Assembly (NCBI GenBank): GCA_964016885.1
Contig: OZ024741.1
Location: forward strand, 2,604,001 to 2,668,000
Source of the DNA: Eledone cirrhosa
Lineage: Eukaryota
DNA length: 64,000 bases
Direction of reading: 5' to 3'
The notes below the pieces were generated by a model. The model made no database searches, was not told the origin of the DNA, and saw nothing but the letters and a program-made list of their open reading frames with translations. The translations under genes and the position numbers were made by a program. Below, in pieces: positions 15,001-30,000 of this stretch (the stretch's first letter is position 1; every line of letters starts with the position of its first letter).

Positions 15001-18000
15001 TTTAGGTGGAAGGAGAGTGTATTGCTTTAAAGACAGTGTATATGTTTAAGGTCAGTGTATAGGTTTAAGGACAATGTATAGGTGTAAGGACAATGTATAG
15101 GTGTAAGAACAATGTATATGTGTAAGGGCAGTATATAGGTGTAAGGACAGTGTATAGGTGTAAGGACAGTGCATAGGTGTAAGGGCAATGTATAGGTGTA
15201 TGGGCGGTGTTTAGATGTAAGGACAGTGTATAGGTGCAAAAACAGTGTATAGGTTTAAGAACAACGTACAGGTGTAAGGACAGTGTATTGGTGTAAGGAC
15301 AGCGTATAGGTGTAAGGACAGTGTATAGTTTTAAGCACAGTGTATAGGTTTAAAAACAGTGTATAGGTGTAAGTCAGTGTATAGGTGGAAGGACAGTGTA
15401 TAGGTGTAAGTCAGTGTATAGGTGTAAGGACAGAGTATAGGTGTGAGGACAGTGTATAGGTGTAAGCACAGTGTATAGGTTTAAGGACAGTATATAGGGG
15501 TGAGGACAGTGTATAGGTTTAAGGACAGTGTATTGGTGCAAGAACAGTGTATTGGTGTAAGGGCAGTGTATATGTGTAAGGACAGTCTATAGGTGTATGG
15601 ACAGAGTATAGGTGTAAGGACAGTGTATAGGTGTAAGTACAGTGTATAGGTGTAAGGATAGTGTATAGGTGTAAGGGCAGTGTATAGGTGTAAGGAGAGT
15701 GTATAGGTGTAAGGACAGTGTATAGGTGTAAGGACGGTGTATAGCTGTCAGGACAGTGTATATGTGTAACGACAGTGTATAGGTGTAAGGGCTGTGTACA
15801 TGTGTAAGGGCAGTGTATATGTGTAAAGACAGTGTATAGCTGCAAAGACAGTGTATAGGTGTAAGGACAGTGTATAGGTGTTAGGGCAGTGTATAGATTT
15901 AAGGACAGTGTATAGGTGTAAGTACAGTGTATAGGTGTAAGGACAGTGTATAGGTGGAAAGAGAGTGTATAGCTTTAAAGACAGTGTATAGGTTTAAGGA
16001 CAGTGTGTATGTTTAATGACAGTATATAGGTGTAAGGACAGTGTATAGGTTAAAGGAGAGTGTATATATTCAAGGACAGTGTATAGGTTTAAGGACAGTG
16101 TATAGGCGTAAGGACAGTGTATAGGTGAAAGGACAATGTATAGATGTAAGGACAGTGTATAGATGTAAGGGCAGTGTATAGGTGTAAGGTCAGTGTATAG
16201 ATGGAAAGACAGTGTGTAGGTGTAAGGACAGTGTATAGTTGTAATGACAGAATATATAGATGTAAGGACAATGTATAGGTGTAAGGACAGTGTATAGGTC
16301 TAAGGAGAGTGTATAGGTGTAAGGACAGTATCTAGATGTAATGACAGTGTATAGGTTTAAGGACAGTGTATAAGTGTAAGGACAGTGTATAGGCGTAAGG
16401 ACAGTGTATAGATGAAAAGACAGTGTGTAGGTGTAATGACAGTGTATAGTTGTAACGACGGTGTATAGGTGTAAGGACAGTGTATAGTGTAAGACAGTGT
16501 ACAGGTTTAAGGACAGTATACAGGTGTAAGGACAGTCTATAGGTGTAATGACAGTGTATAGGTTTAAGGACAGTGTATAGGTGTAAGGACAGGGTATATA
16601 TTTAAGGACAGTTTATAGATGTAAGGACAGTGTATAGGTGTAGGGACGGTGTATAGGTGTAAGGACAGTGTATAGGTGTAAGGACAGTGTATAGGTGTAA
16701 GGGCAGTGTATAGGTGTAAGAAAAAGTTTATAGGTGTAAGGACGGTGTATAGGTGTAAGGACAGAGTATAGGTGTAAAGAGAGTATATAGGTTTAAAGAC
16801 AGTGTATAGGTATAAAGACAGTGTGTAGGTGTAAGGACAGTGTATAGGTTTAAGGACAGTGTACAGTTTTAAGGACAGTGTATAGGTGCAAGGGCAGTGT
16901 ATAGGTGTAAGGACAGTGTATAGGTGTAAGGACAGTGTATAGGTGTAAGGACGGTGTATAGCTGACAGGACAGTGTATATGTGTAACAAAAGTGTATAGG
17001 TGTAAGGGCTGTGTATATGTGTAAGGGCAGTGTATATGTGTAAAGACAGTGTATTGCTGCAAGGACAGTGTATAGGTGTAAGGACAGTGTATAGGTGTTA
17101 GGGCAGTTTATAGATTTAAGGACAGTGTATAGATGTAAGGACAGTGTATAGGTGTAAGGACAGTGTATAGGTGTAAGGACAGTGTATAGGTGTAAGGACG
17201 GTGTATAGCTGTCAGGACAGTGTATATGTGTAACAAAAGTGTACAGGTGTAAGGGCTGTGTATATGTGTAAGGGCAGTGTATATGTGTAAAGACAGTGTA
17301 TTGCTGCAAGGACAGTGTATAGGTGTAAGGACAGTGTATAGGTGTTAGGGCAGTTTATAGATTTAAAGACAGTGTATAGGTGTAAGTACAGTGTATAGGT
17401 GTAAGGATAGTGTATTGGTGTAAGGACAGTGTTTAGGTGGAAAATTGTGTATAGCTTTAAAAATAGTGTATAGGTTTAAGGACAGTGTGTATGTTTAAGG
17501 ACAGTGTATAGGTGTAAGGACAGTGTATAGGTTAAAGGAGAGTGTATAGATGTAAGGACAGTGTATAGATGTTAGGACAGTGTATAGGTGTAAGGGTAGT
17601 GTATAAATGTAAGGAGACTGTATAGGTGTAAGGACAGTGTATAGATTTAAGGACAGAGTACAGGTGTAAGGTCAGTGTATAGGTTTAAGGACAGTGTATA
17701 GGTTTAAGGGCAGTGTATAGGTGTAAGGACAGTGTATAGGTGTAAGGACAGTGTATAGGTTTCAGAACCGTGTATAGGTGTAAGGACAGTGTATAGGTGT
17801 ATGTACAGTATATAGGTGAAATGACAGTGTATAGGTGTAAGGACAGTGTATAGGTGTAAGGACAGTGTATAGATGGAAAGACAGTGTGTAGGTGTAAGGA
17901 CAGTGTATAGTTGTAATGACAGAATATATAGGTGTAAGGACAATGTATAGGTGTAAGGACAGTGTATAGGTGTAAGGAGAGTGTATAGGTGTAAGGACAG

Positions 18001-21000
18001 TGTCTAGATGTAATGACAGTGTATAGGTTTAAGGACAGTGTATAAGTGTAAGGACAGTGTATAGGCGTAAGGTCAGTGTATAGATGAAAAGACAGTGTGT
18101 AGGTGTAATGACAGTGTAGATGTTTAAGGACAGTATACAGGTGTAAGGACACTCTATAGGTGTAATGACAGTGTATAGGTTTAAGGACAGTGTATAGGTG
18201 TAAGGACAGGGTATATATTTAAGGACAGTTTATAGATGTAAGGACAGTGTATAGTTATAAGTGGAGTGTATAGGTGTTAGAGCAGTGTATAGGTGTAATG
18301 GCAGTGTATAGGTGTAAGGACAGTGTACAGTTTTAAGGACAGTGTATAGATGTAAGGACAGTGTATAGGTTTAAGGACAGTGTATAGGTTTAAGGACAGT
18401 GTATAGCTGAAAGGACAATGTATAGGTGTAAGGACAGTGTATATATGTAAGGACAGTGTATAGGTGTAAGTTCAGTGTATAGATGGAAAGACAGTGTATA
18501 GGTGTAAGGACAGTGTATAGGTTTAAGGACAGTGTATAGGCGTAAGGACAGTGTATAGGTGAAAGGACAATGAATAGGTGTAAGGACAGTGTATACATGT
18601 AAGGGCAGTGTATAGGTTTAACGTCAGTGTATAGATGGAAAGACAGTGTGTAGGTGTAAGGACAGTGGATAGTTGTAATGACAGAATATATAGGTGTAAG
18701 GACAATGTATAGGTGTAAGGAAAGAGTATAGGCGTAAGGACAGTGTATAGATGAAAAGACAGTGTGTAGGTGTAATGACAGTGTATAGGTGTTACGACGG
18801 TGTATAGGTGTAAGGACAGTGTATATATTTAAGGACAGTTTATAGATGTAAGGACAGTGTATAGGTGTAGGGACAGTGTATAGGTGTAAGGACAGTGTAT
18901 AGGTGTAAGGAGAGTGTATAGGTGTAAGGACAGTGTATAGGTGTAAGGACAGTGTATAGGTGTAAGGACGGTGTATAGGTGTAAGGACAGAGTATAGGTG
19001 TAAAGAGAGTATATAGGTTTAAAGACAGTGTATAGGTATAAGGACAGTGTGTAGGTGTAAGGACAGTGTATAGGCTTAAGGACAGTGTACAGTTTTAAGG
19101 ACAGTGTATAGGTGCAAGGACAGTGTATAGGTTTAAGGACAGTGTATAGGTGTAAGGACAGTGTATAGGTGTAAGGACGGTGTATAGCTGTCAGGACAGT
19201 GTATATGTGTAACAAAATGTATAGGTGTAAGGGCTGTGTACATGTGTAAGGGCAGTGTATATGTGTAAGGACAGTGTATAGCTGCAAGGACAATGTATAG
19301 GTGTAAGGACAGTGTATAGGTGTAAGGAGAGTGTATAGGTGTAAGGACAGTGTATAGGTGTAAGGACAGTGTATAGGTGTAAGGACGGTGTATAGGTGTA
19401 AGGACAGAGTATAGGTGTAAAGAGAGTATATAGGTTTAAAGACAGTGTATAGGTATAAGGACAGTGTGTAGGTGTAAGGACAGTGTATAGGCTTAAGGAC
19501 AGTGTACAGTTTTAAGGACAGTGTATAGGTGCAAGGACAGTGTATAGGTTTAAGGACAGTGTATAGGTGTAAGGACAGTGTATAGGTGTAAGGACGGTGT
19601 ATAGCTGTCAGGACAGTGTATATGTGTAACAAAATGTATAGGTGTAAGTGCTGTGTACATGTGTAAGGGCAGTGTATATGTGTAAGGACAGTGTATAGCT
19701 GCAAGGACAATGTATAGGTGTAAGGACAGTGTATAGGTGTTAGGGCAGTTTATAGATTTAAGGACAGTGTATAGGTGTAAGTACAGTGTTTAGGTGGAAA
19801 GAGAGTGTATAGCTTTAAAGATAGTGTATAGGTTTAAGGACAGTGTGTATGTTTAAGGACAGTGTATAGGTGCAAGGACAGTGTATAGGTTAAATGAGAG
19901 TGTATAGATGTAAGGACAGTGTATAGATGTTAGAACAGTGTATAGGTGTAAGGGTAGTGTATAAATGTAAGGAGACTGTATAGGTGTAAGTACAGTGTAT
20001 AGATTTAAGGACAGTGTACAGGTGTAAGGTCAGTGTATAGGTTTAAGGACAGTGTATAGGTTTAAGGGCAGTGTATAGTTATAAGGGCAGTGTATAGGTG
20101 TAAGGACAGTGTATAGGTGTAAGGACAGTGTATAGGTTTCAGAACCGTGTATAGGTGTAAGGACAGTGTATAGGTGTAAGGACAGTGTATAGGTGTAAGG
20201 ACAGCGTATAGGTGTAAGAACAGTGTATTGGTGTAATAATAGTGTATAGGTTTAAGGACAGTGTATAGGTGTAAGTACAGAGTACAGGTTTAAGGACAGT
20301 GTATAGGTGTAAGGACAGTGTATAGGTATAATCACAGTGTATAGATGTAAGGACAGAGTATATGTGTAAGTGTAGTGTATAGGTTTAAGGACAGTCTATA
20401 GGTGTAAGGCCAGTATATAAGTGTAAGGACAGTGTATAGGTGTAAGGGTATTGTAGAGTTTTAAGGACAGTGTATAGGTGTAAGGACAGTGTATAGGTGT
20501 AAGGACAGTGTATAGATTTAAGGACAGTGTATAGGTGTAAGGGCAGTGTATAGGTGTAAGGACGGCGTATAGGTTTAAGTACAGTGTATAGGTGTAAGGT
20601 CAGTGTATAGATTTAAGGACAGTGTATAGGTGTAAGGACAGTGTATAGTTGTAAGGACAGCGTATAGGTTTAAGTACAGTGTATAGGTGTAAGGACAGTG
20701 TATAGGTGTAAGGACAGTGTATAGATTTAAGGACAGTGTATAGGTGTAAGGACAGTGTATAGGTGTAAGGAAAGTGTATTGGTGTAAGGACAGTGTTTAG
20801 GTGGAAGGAGAGTGTATAGCTTTAATGACAGTGTATATGTTTAAGGACAGTGTATAGGTTTAAGGACAGTGTATAGGTGTAAAAACAGTGTATAGGTGTA
20901 AGAACAATGTATATGTGTAAGGACAGTATATAGGTGTAAGGACAGTGTATAGGTGTAAGGACAGTGCATAGGTGTAAGGGCAATGTATAGGTGTATGGGC

Positions 21001-24000
21001 GGTGTTTAGATGTAAGGACAGTGTATAGGTGCAAAAACAGTGTATAGGTTTAAGAACAATGTACAGGTGTAAGGACAGTGTATTGGTGTAAGGACAGCGT
21101 ATAGGTGTAAGGACAGTGTATAGTTTTAAGCACAGTGTATAGGTTTAAAAACAGTGTATAGGTGTAAGTCAGTGTATAGGTGTAAGGACAGTGTATAGGT
21201 GTAAGTCAGTGTATAGGTGTAAGGACATAGTATAGGTGTGAGGACAGTGTATATGTGTAAAGGCAGTGTATAGGTGTAAATACAATTTATAGATGTAATG
21301 ACAGAGTATAGGTGTGAGGACAATGTATAGGTGTAAGCACAGTGTATAGGTTTAAGGACAGTGTATTGGTGCAAGAACAGTGTATTGGTGTAAGGGCAGT
21401 GTATATGTGTAACGGCTGTGTATAGGTGTAAGGACAGTGTATAGGTGTAAGGACAGTCTATAGGTGTATGGACAGAGTATAGGTGTAAGGACAGTGTATA
21501 GGTGTAAGTACAGTGTATAGGTGTAAGGATAGTGTATAGGTCTAAGGGCAGTGTATAGGTGTAAGGACAGTGTATAGGTGTAAGGACGGAGTATAGCTGT
21601 CAGGGCAGTGTATATGTGTAACGACAGTGTATAGGTGTAAGGGCAGTGTATAGATGTAAGTGCTGTGTATATGTGTAACGGCAGTGTATATGTGTAAAGA
21701 CAGTGTATAGCTGTAAGGACAGTGTATAGGTGTTAGGGCAGTGTATATATTTAAGGACTGTGTATAGGTGTAAGGGCAGTGTATAGGTGTAAGGATAGTG
21801 TATTGGTGTAAGGACAGTGTTTAGGTGGAAAGAGAGTGTATAGCTTTAAAGACAGTGTATAGGTTTAAGGACATTGTGTATGTTTAAGGACAGTATATAG
21901 GTGTAAGGACAGTGTATAGGTTAAAGGAGAGTGTATATATTTAAGGACAGTGTATAGGTGTAAGGACAGCGTATAGGTGTAATGTCAGTGTATAAGTTTA
22001 AATACAGTGTATAGGTGTAAGCACAATGTATAGGTGTAAGGAGAGTGCATAGGTAAAATAACAGTGTATTGATGTAAGGACAGTGTATAGATGTAAGGTC
22101 AGTGTATAGATGGAAAGACAGTGTATCGGTGTAAGGGCAGTGTATAGGTTTAAGGACAGTGTATAGGTGTAAGGACAGTGTATAGGTGAAAGGACAATGT
22201 ATATGTTTAAGGACAGTGTATAGGCGTAAATGCATTGTATAGATGTAATGACAGTGTATAGATGTAAGAACAGAGTATAGGTGTGAGGAGAGTGTATAGG
22301 TGTAAGGACACCGTGTAGGTGAAAGGACAGTGTACAGGTGTACGTTCAATGTATAGGTGTAAGGACAGAGTTTAGTTTTAAGGACAGTGTATAGATTTAA
22401 GGACAGTGTATAGGTTTCAGGACAGTGTATAAGTGTAAGGACAGTGTATAGGTGTAAGGACTGTATATAGTTGTAATGACAGTGTATAGTTGTAAGGACA
22501 GTGTATAGATGTTAGGAGAGCGTACAGGTTTAAGGACAGTGTACAATGTAAGGAGAGTGTATAGGCGTAAGGACAGTGTTTAGGTTTAAGGACAGTGTAT
22601 AGGTGTAAGGACAGTATATAGGTATAAGGACAGTGTATAGGTTCAAGTAGAGTGTATTGGTGTAAGGAAAGTGTATAGGTGAAAGGAAAATGTATAGGTT
22701 TAAAGACAATGTATGGGTGTAAGGACAGTGTGTAGGTTTAAGGACAGTGTATAAGTGTAAGGACAGTGTATAGGTTTAGGTCAGTGTATAGGTCTAAGGA
22801 ATGTGTATAGGTTTAAGGACAGTGTTTAGGTGTAAGGACAGTGTATAGTCTAAGTATGGTGTATAGGTGTAATGTCAGTGTATAGGTTTAAAGACAGTGT
22901 ATAGGTGTAAGGACAGTGTATATTTGTAAGGACAGTGTATAGGTGTAAGGACAGTGTATAGGTATGAGGACAGTTTATAGATGTAAGGACAGCGCATAGG
23001 TTTAAGGACAGTGTATTGGTGTAAGGGCAGTGTACAGGTTTAAGAACAGTGTACAAGTGTAAGGTCAATGTATATGTTTAAGGACAGTGTATACGTGTAA
23101 GGACACTGTAAAGATGTAAGGGAAGTGTATAGGTGTAAGGGCAGTGTTTAAGTGTAAGGACAGTGTATAGGCGTAAGGATAGTGTATAGGTTTAAGGACA
23201 GTGTATAGGTGTAAGAACAGTGTATAGGTGTAAGGACAGTGTATAGGTGTAAGGACAGTATATATGTCTAAGGACAGTGTATATGTATAAGGACAGTGTA
23301 TAGTTGTAAGGAGAGTGTATAGGTCTAAGTACAGTGTATAGGTTTAAGGACAGTGTATAGGTGTAATGACAGTGTATAGGTGTAAGGACAGCGTATAGGT
23401 GTAAGGAAATGTATAGGTGTAAGGACAGAGTATAGGTTTAAGGACAGTGTATAGGTGTAAGGACAGTGTATAGTTGTAAGAACAGTGTATAGGTTTAAGG
23501 ACAGTGTATAGATACAGGGACAGCTTATATGTGTAACCGCAGTGTATAGGTCTAAGGACAGTGTATATGTGTAAGGTCAGTGTATATGTGTAAGGACAGT
23601 GTATATGTGTAAGGACAGTGTACAGGTTAAAGTACAGTGTATAGATTGAATGACAGTGTATAGGTGTAACAACAGTGTATAGATGTAAGGACAATGGATA
23701 GGTGTAAGGAAATTGTATAGGTATAAGGACAGTGTATAGGTTTAAGGACAGTGTATAGTTGTAAGGACAGTGTATAGGGTTAAGGACAGAGTATAGGTTT
23801 AAGGTCAGTGTATATGTGTAAGGACAGTGTATATGTGTAAGGACAGTGTAAATGTTTAAAGACAATGTATATGTTTAACGACAGTGTATATGTGTAAGGA
23901 CAGTGTATAGGTTAAGGATAGTGTATAGGTGTATCGACAGTGTATATGTGTAAGGGCAGTGTATATGTTTAGGGACAGTGTATATGTGTAAGGACAGTGT

Positions 24001-27000
24001 ATATTTGTAAGGACAGTGTATAGGTTTAAAGACAGTGTATATATGTAAGGGGAGTGCATAGGTTTAATGACAGTGTATAGATATAAGGACAGTGTATAGG
24101 TGTAAGGACAGTGTATAGGTGTAAGGACAGTGTATAGGTTTAAGGACAGTGTATATGTTTAAGGACAGTGTATAGGGCTAAGGACAGTGTATAGTTGTAA
24201 GAACAGTGTATACTTTTAAGGACAGTGTATAGGTACAGGGCCAATGTATATGTGTAAGGACAGTGTATAGGTTTAAGGACCGTGTATATGTGTAAGGACA
24301 GTGTATAGGTTTAAGGACAGTGTATATATGTAAGGACAGGGTATATTTTAAGGACAGTGTATAGGTGTAAGCACAACGGATAGGTGTAAGGATATTGTAA
24401 AGGTGTAAGGACAGTGTATAGGTTTAAGGAAAGTGGATAGTTGAAAGGACAGTGTACAGGGTTAAGGACAGGGTATAGGTGTAAGGACAGTGTATATGTG
24501 TAAGGACAGTGTATATGTGTAAGGACAGTGTAAATGTTTAAAGACAATGTATATGTTTAACGACAGTGTATATGTGTGAGGACAGTGTATAGTTGTAAGG
24601 ATAGTGTATAGGTGTATCGACAGTGTATAGGTTTAAGGACAGTGTATAGGTTTGAGGACAGTGTATAGGTGTAAGGACAGTGTATATGTTTATGGACACT
24701 TTATAGGTGTAAGGACAGTGTATAGTTGTAAGGACAGTGTAGCGGTTTAAGGACAGTGTAAAGGTACAGGGACAGTGTATATGTGTAAGGGCAGTGTATA
24801 TGTTTAAGGACAGTGTATATGTGTAAGGACAGTGTATATGTGTAAGGGCAGTGTATAGGTTTAAAGACAGTGTATATATGTAAGGAGAGTGCATAGGTTT
24901 AATGACAGTGTATAGATGTAAGGACAGTGTATAGATGTAAGGACAGTGTATAGGTGTAAGGACAGTGTATAGGTTTAAGGACAATTTATAGGTGTAAGGG
25001 CCCTGTATAGGTGTAAGGACATTGTATAGGTGTAAGGACAGTGTATAGGTGTAAGGACAGTGTATATGTTTAAGGACAGTGTTTATGTGTAAGGGCAGTG
25101 TATAGGTTTAAATACAGTGTATATATGTAAGGACAGTGTATAGGTTTAAGGACAGTGTATAGGTGTAAGTACAGTGTATAGGTGTAAGCAAAGTGTATAG
25201 GTTTAAGGACAGTGTATTGGTGTAAGGGCCGTGTATAGGTGTAAGGACATTGTATAGGTGTAAGGACAGTGTATAGTTGTAAGGACAGCGTATATGCTTA
25301 AGGACAGTGTATAGGTGTAAGGAGAGTGTATAGGTTTAAGGACAGTGTATAGGTGTAAGGACAGTGTATAGGTTTAAGGGAAGTGCATAGGTGTAAAGAG
25401 AGTGTATAGGTGTAAGGACAGTGTATATGTTTAAGGACAGTTTATATGTGTAAGGAGAGTGTATAGGTTTAAGGACAGTGTATAGGTGTAAGGTCAGTGT
25501 ATAGTTGTAAGGACAGCGCATAGGTTTAAGGACAGTGTATAGGTGTAAGGACAGTGTATATGTCTAAGGACAGTGTATATGTGTAAGGACAGTGTATAGT
25601 TGTAAGGAGAGTGTATAGGTCTAAGTACAGTGTATAGGTTTAAGGACAGTGTATAGGTGTAATGACAGTGTATAGATGTAAGGACAGCGTATAGGTGTAA
25701 GGACAGCGTATAGGTGTAAGGACAGAGTATGGGTTTAAGGACAGTGTATAGGTGTAAGGACAGTGTATAGTTGTAAGAACAGTGTATAGGTTTAAGGAGA
25801 GTGTATAGATACAGGGACAGCTTATATGTGTAACCGCAGTGTATAGGTCTAAGGACAGTGTATATGTGTAAGGTCAGTGTATATGTGTAAGGACAGTGTA
25901 TATGTGTAAGGACAGCGTATAGGTTTAAGGACAGTGTATATATGTAAGGACAATGTATATGTTTAAGGACAGTGTGTAGGTGTAAGCACAATGGATAGGT
26001 GTAAGGAAATTGTATAGGTATAAGGACAGTGTATAGGTTTAAGGACAGTGTATAGTTGTAAGGACAGTGTATAGGGTTAAGGACAGAGTATAGGTTTAAG
26101 GTCAGTGTATATGTGTAAGGACAGTGTATATGTGTAAGGACAGTGTAAATGTTTAAAGACAATGTATATGTTTAACGACAGTGTATATGTGTAAGGACAG
26201 TGTATAGGTTAAGGATAGTGTATAGGTGTATCGACAGTGTATATGTGTAAGGGCAGTGTATATGTTTAGGGGCAGTGTATATGTGTAAGGACAGTGTATA
26301 TGTGTAAGGACAGTGTATAGGTTTAAAGACAGTGTATATATGTAAGGACAGTGTATAGGTGTAATGACAGTGTATAGATATAAGGACAGTGTATAGGTGT
26401 AAGGACAGTGTATAGGTGTAAGGACAGTGTATAGGTTTAAGGACAGTGTATAGGTGTAAGGACCCTGTATAGGATTAAGGACATCGTATAGGAGTAAGGA
26501 CAGTGTATAGGTGTAAGACAGTGTATATGTTTAAGGACAGTGTATATGTGTAAGGACAGTGTATAGGTTTAAAGACAGTGTATATATTTAAGGACAGTGT
26601 ATAGGTTTAAGGACAGTGTAGAGGTGTAAGGGCCGTGTATAGGTGTAAGGACATTGTATAGGTGTAAGGACAGTGTATAGGTGTAAGGACAGTGTATATG
26701 TTGAAGGACTGTGTATAGGTGTAAGGAGAGTGTATAGGTTTAAGGACAGTGTATAGGTGTAAGGACAGTGTATAGGTTTAAGGGAAGTGCATAGGTGTAA
26801 AGAGAGTGTATAGGTGTAAGGATAGTGTATATGTTTAAGGACAGTGTATATGTTTAAGGAGAGTGTATAGGTTTAAGGACAGTGTATAGGTGTGAGGACA
26901 GTGTATAGTTGTAAGGACAACGCATAGATTTAAGGACAGCGTATAGGTGTAAGGACAGTGGATAGGTTTAAGGACAGTGTATAGGTTTAAGGACAGTGTA

Positions 27001-30000
27001 TAGGTGTAAGGACAGTTTATAGTTGCAAGAACAGTATATAGGTTTAAGGACAGTGTATAGGTACAGGGACAGCTTATATGTGTAAGGGCAGTGTATAGGT
27101 TTAATGACAGTGTATATGTGTAAGGACAGTGTATAGGTTTAAGGATAATGTATATATGTAAGGACAGTGTATAGGTGTAAGGACAGTGTATAGGTGTAAG
27201 GACAGTGTATAGGTGTAAGCACAATGGATAGGTGTAAGGCCAGTGTATAGGTGTAAGGACAGTGTATACGTTTAAGGACAGTGTACAGGTTTAAGGACAG
27301 TGTATAGGTGAAGGACAGTGCATATGTGTAAGGACAGTGTATACGTTTAAGGACAGTGTATAGGTTTAACGACAGTGTATAGGTGTAAGGACAGTGTATA
27401 GGTGTAAGGACAGTGTATAGGTGTAAGAACATTGTATAGGTTTAAGGACAGTGTATAGCTGTAAGTACAGTGTATAGGCGTAAGGACATTGTATAGGTGT
27501 AAGGACAGTATATAGGTGTAAGAACAGTGTATAGGTGTAAGGACAGTGTATAGGTACAAGGACAGTGTATAGGTGTAAGGACAGTGTATAGGTGTATGGA
27601 GTATTTATAGCTGTAATTACAGTGTATAGATTTAACGACAGTGTATAGGTTTGAGGACATTATATAGGTGTACGGACAGTGTATATATGTAAGTACAGTT
27701 TATAGGTTTAAGGACAGTGTATATGTGTAAGGACAGTGTAAAGTTGTAAGGACAGTGTATAGGTTTAAGGACAGTGTATAGGTTTAACGACAGTGTATAG
27801 GTGTAAGGACAGTGTATAGGTGTAAGGACAGTGTATAGGTGTAAGGACAGTGTATAGGTTTAAGGACAGTGTATAGGTGTAAGCACAGTGTATAGGTGTA
27901 AGGACATTGTATAGGTGTTAGGACAGTGTTATATGTGTAAGGACAGTGTATAGGTTTAAGGACAGTGTTTATGTGTAAGGACGGTGTATAGTTGTGAGGA
28001 CAGTGTATAGGTTTAAGGACAGTGTATAGGTGTAAGGACAGTGTAGCGGTTTAAGGACAGTGTAAAGGTACAGGGACAGTGTATATGTGTTAGGGCAGTG
28101 TATATGTTTAAGGACAGTGTATATGTGTAAGGACAGTGTATATGTGTAAGGACAGTGTATAGGTTTAAAGACAGTGTATATATGTAAGGAGAGTGCATAG
28201 GTTTAATGACAGTGTATAGATGTAAGGACAGTGTATAGGTGTAAGGGCAGTGTATAGGTGTAAGGACAGTGTATAGGTTTAAGGACAGTGTATAGGTGTA
28301 AGGGCCCTGTATAGGTGTAAGGACATTGTATAGGTGTAAGGACAGTGTATATGTTTAAGGACAGTGTTTATGTGTAAGGGCAGTGTATAGGTTTAAAGAC
28401 AGTGTATATATGTAAGGACAGTGTATAGGTTTAAGGACAGTGTATAGGTGTAAGTACAGTGTATAGGTGTAAGCAAAGTGTATAGGTTGAAGGACAGTGT
28501 ATAGGTGTAAGGGCCGTGTATAGGTGTAAGGACATTGTATAGGTGTAAGGACAGTGTATAGTTGTAAGGACAGTGTATATGTTTAAGGACAGTGTATAGG
28601 TGTAAGGAGAGTGTATAGGTTTAAGGACAGTGTATAGGTGTAAGGACAGTGTATAGGTTTAAGGGAAGTGCATAGGTGTAAAGAGAGTGTATAGGTGTAA
28701 GGACAGTGTATATGTTTAAGGACAGTTTATATGTGTAAGGAGAGTGTATAGGTTTAAGGACAGTGTATAGGTGTAAGGTCAGTGTATATGTCTAAGGACA
28801 GTGTATATGTGTAAGGACAGTGTATAGTTGTAAGGAGAGTGTATAGGTCTATGTACAGTGTATAGGTTTAAGGACAGTGTATAGGTGTAATGACAGTGTA
28901 TATGTGTAAAAACAGCGTATAGGTGTAAGGACAGCGTATAGGTGTAAGGACAGAGTATAGGTTTAAGGACAGTGTATAGGTGTAAGGACAGTGTATAGTT
29001 GTAAGAACAGTGTATAGGTTTAAGGACAGTGTATAGATACAGGGACAGCTTATATGTGTAACCGCAGTGTATAGGTCTAAGGACAGTGTATATGTGTAAG
29101 GTCAGTGTATATGTGTAAGGACAGTGTATAGGTTTAAGGATAATGTATATATGAAAGACAGTGTATAGGTGTAAGGACAGTGTATAGGTCTAAGGACAGT
29201 GTATAGGTGTAAGCACAATGGATAGGTCTAAGGACAGTGTATAGGTGTGAGGACAGTGTATAGGTTTAAGGACAGTGTATAGGTTTAAGGACAGTGTATA
29301 GGTGTAAGAACAGTGCATATGTGTAAGGACAGTGTATATGTGTAAGGACACTGTAAAGGTTTAAAGACAGTGTATAGGTTTAACGACAGTGTATAGGTGT
29401 AAGGAAAGTGTATAGGTGTAAGGATAGTGTATAGGTGGAAGGACAGTGTATAGGTTTAAGGACATTGTATAGGTTTAAGGACAGTGTATAGGTTTAAGGA
29501 CAGTGTATATGTGTAAGGTCAGTGTATATGTGTAAGGACAGCGTATAGGTTTAAGGACAGTGTATATATGTAAGGACAACGTATATGTTTAAGGACAGTG
29601 TATAGGTGTAAGCACAATGGATAGGTGTAAGGAAATTGTATAGGTATAAGGACAGTGTATAGGTTTAAGGACAGTGTATAGTTGTAAGGACAGTGTATAG
29701 GGTTAAGGACAGAGTATAGGTGTAAGGTCAGTGTATATGTGTAAGGACAGTGTATATGTGTAAGGACAGTGTAAATGTTTAAAGACAATGTATATGTTTA
29801 ACGACAGTGTATATGTGTAAGGACAGTGTATAGGTTAAGGATAGTGTATAGGTGTATCGACAGTGTATATGTGTAAGGGCAGTGTATATGTTTAGGGACA
29901 GTGTATATGTGTAAGGACAGTGTATAGGTTTAAAGACAGTGTATATATGTAAGGAGAGTGCATAGGTTTAATGACAGTGTATAGATGTAAGGACAGTCTA